A stretch of 63,460 bases of DNA, filler included, from Lenisia limosa (Eukaryota > Protista > Breviatea), in the NCBI GenBank assembly GCA_001655205.1. It is 10 parts of 10 records of this genome, joined end to end, with 100 filler letters (N's around TTAATTAATTAA, not from the genome) between each part and the next. Parts side by side here need not be neighbours in the genome. Positions count along the whole stretch, not along the records: positions 51,340 to 63,460 come from LPNZ01011701.1; 9 more parts are not named here. One strand, 5' to 3'. The notes below the pieces were generated by a model. That model was not told the origin of the DNA and ran no database searches. It was given only the letters and a program-made list of their open reading frames with translations. A program made the position numbers and the translations under genes. Below, in pieces: positions 62,790-63,460 of the stretch. How positions within the stretch are numbered: the stretch's first letter is position 1; every line of letters starts with the position of its first letter.

Positions 62790-63460
62790 CTCACCTTTGC
62801 AGAGGGGCGGCCTTCATAAACTTGGTGATAAAAGTGAGCAAACCGCTCGGCTCATTATCTGTTCCATGCTTCAGGATGGCATCTTTGTCAAATTGATTTG
62901 GGGCGTAGAGAAGCAGTTGCGTCAGGTAGAGGCTTTGTATCCTTGGTTTTTTGAAGAACCTTATCGAGGTTGGTCTTTCGACGTTTGATATCGGCAATAT
63001 CACGAGGAGACGCATTGTATGGGTGGTAAATTCCATTTGGCATTGACCTGGCCTTTGCCATGGCAGCGTGGATTTTCTTTCGTTCTTCAACTAAAGTAAA
63101 GGCAGAAACTCGCAAAATATCAGGGACAAAACTTGCTGTTATCCTCAGGAACCGACCAAGTAACCACATTCTTTCTCCTTGGATTGAACATATTAGCTCT
63201 GTCGTGGCACTCATACTCATGTTTTGGAACATTTCTTGTCCGAGGCGATAGCATAATTTCGGTGGCTGTACATGATCAGGGTTGCGAATGGGCGTCGGTT
63301 CAGGAGCCAGGCATCGTAATGGAAGAGGTGGCTTCGGCGCCGGCGGGGAAGAAACGATTTTGGTGATAATACGAGGATCGCCAAAACCAGGGGGGAGGTA
63401 ATCTTCATCATCATCTTCATTGGAATCTGACTGGTCATCGCTACTTGGTTCTTCTTGACA
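62790..63460 (-). CDS. Multi-exon hypothetical protein with acidic and Pro-rich stretch, partial
   Basis: CQEEPSSDDQSDSNEDDDEDYLPPGFGDPRIITKIVSSPPAPKPPLP..QEMFQNM, followed by a 39-nt GT-AG intron with a GCTAAT branch-like motif. Confidence 0.5.

Noticed and set aside
1-63460. rRNA, tRNA or prokaryotic operon features
   Set aside because: No cloverleaf or rRNA-conserved sequence recognised; gene structure is spliceosomal eukaryotic throughout.

Overview
Intron-rich, AT-rich unicellular-eukaryote genomic sequence; I cannot name the species. It is hard-masked (N runs) and consists of 10 contigs joined by a 100-nt artificial spacer (44 N + TTAATTAATTAA + 44 N). From 1 to 49 kb there are long multi-exon genes: a complete prefoldin-1 gene, a transmembrane class III nucleotidyl cyclase, a very large filamin/Cys-rich/TRP-like multi-pass receptor, a TRP-like membrane protein with a degenerate cyclase domain, and several unknown membrane proteins. 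Their introns are mosaics of a few short repeat modules: two palindromic TA-flanked MITE families, a UUCG-hairpin repeat, and two modules that form the intron 3' splice sites. A Tc1-like remnant lies in one intron. From 49 to 63 kb these repeats are essentially absent. The most striking observation is an AAMP/Sqt1-like WD40 gene (60603-61738, minus strand). It gives a 340-aa ORF only if five 20-25-nt T-rich segments starting GTT are excised, and four of the five end in TG rather than AG. All exon models are manual, and homologies are from recalled motifs rather than database searches.
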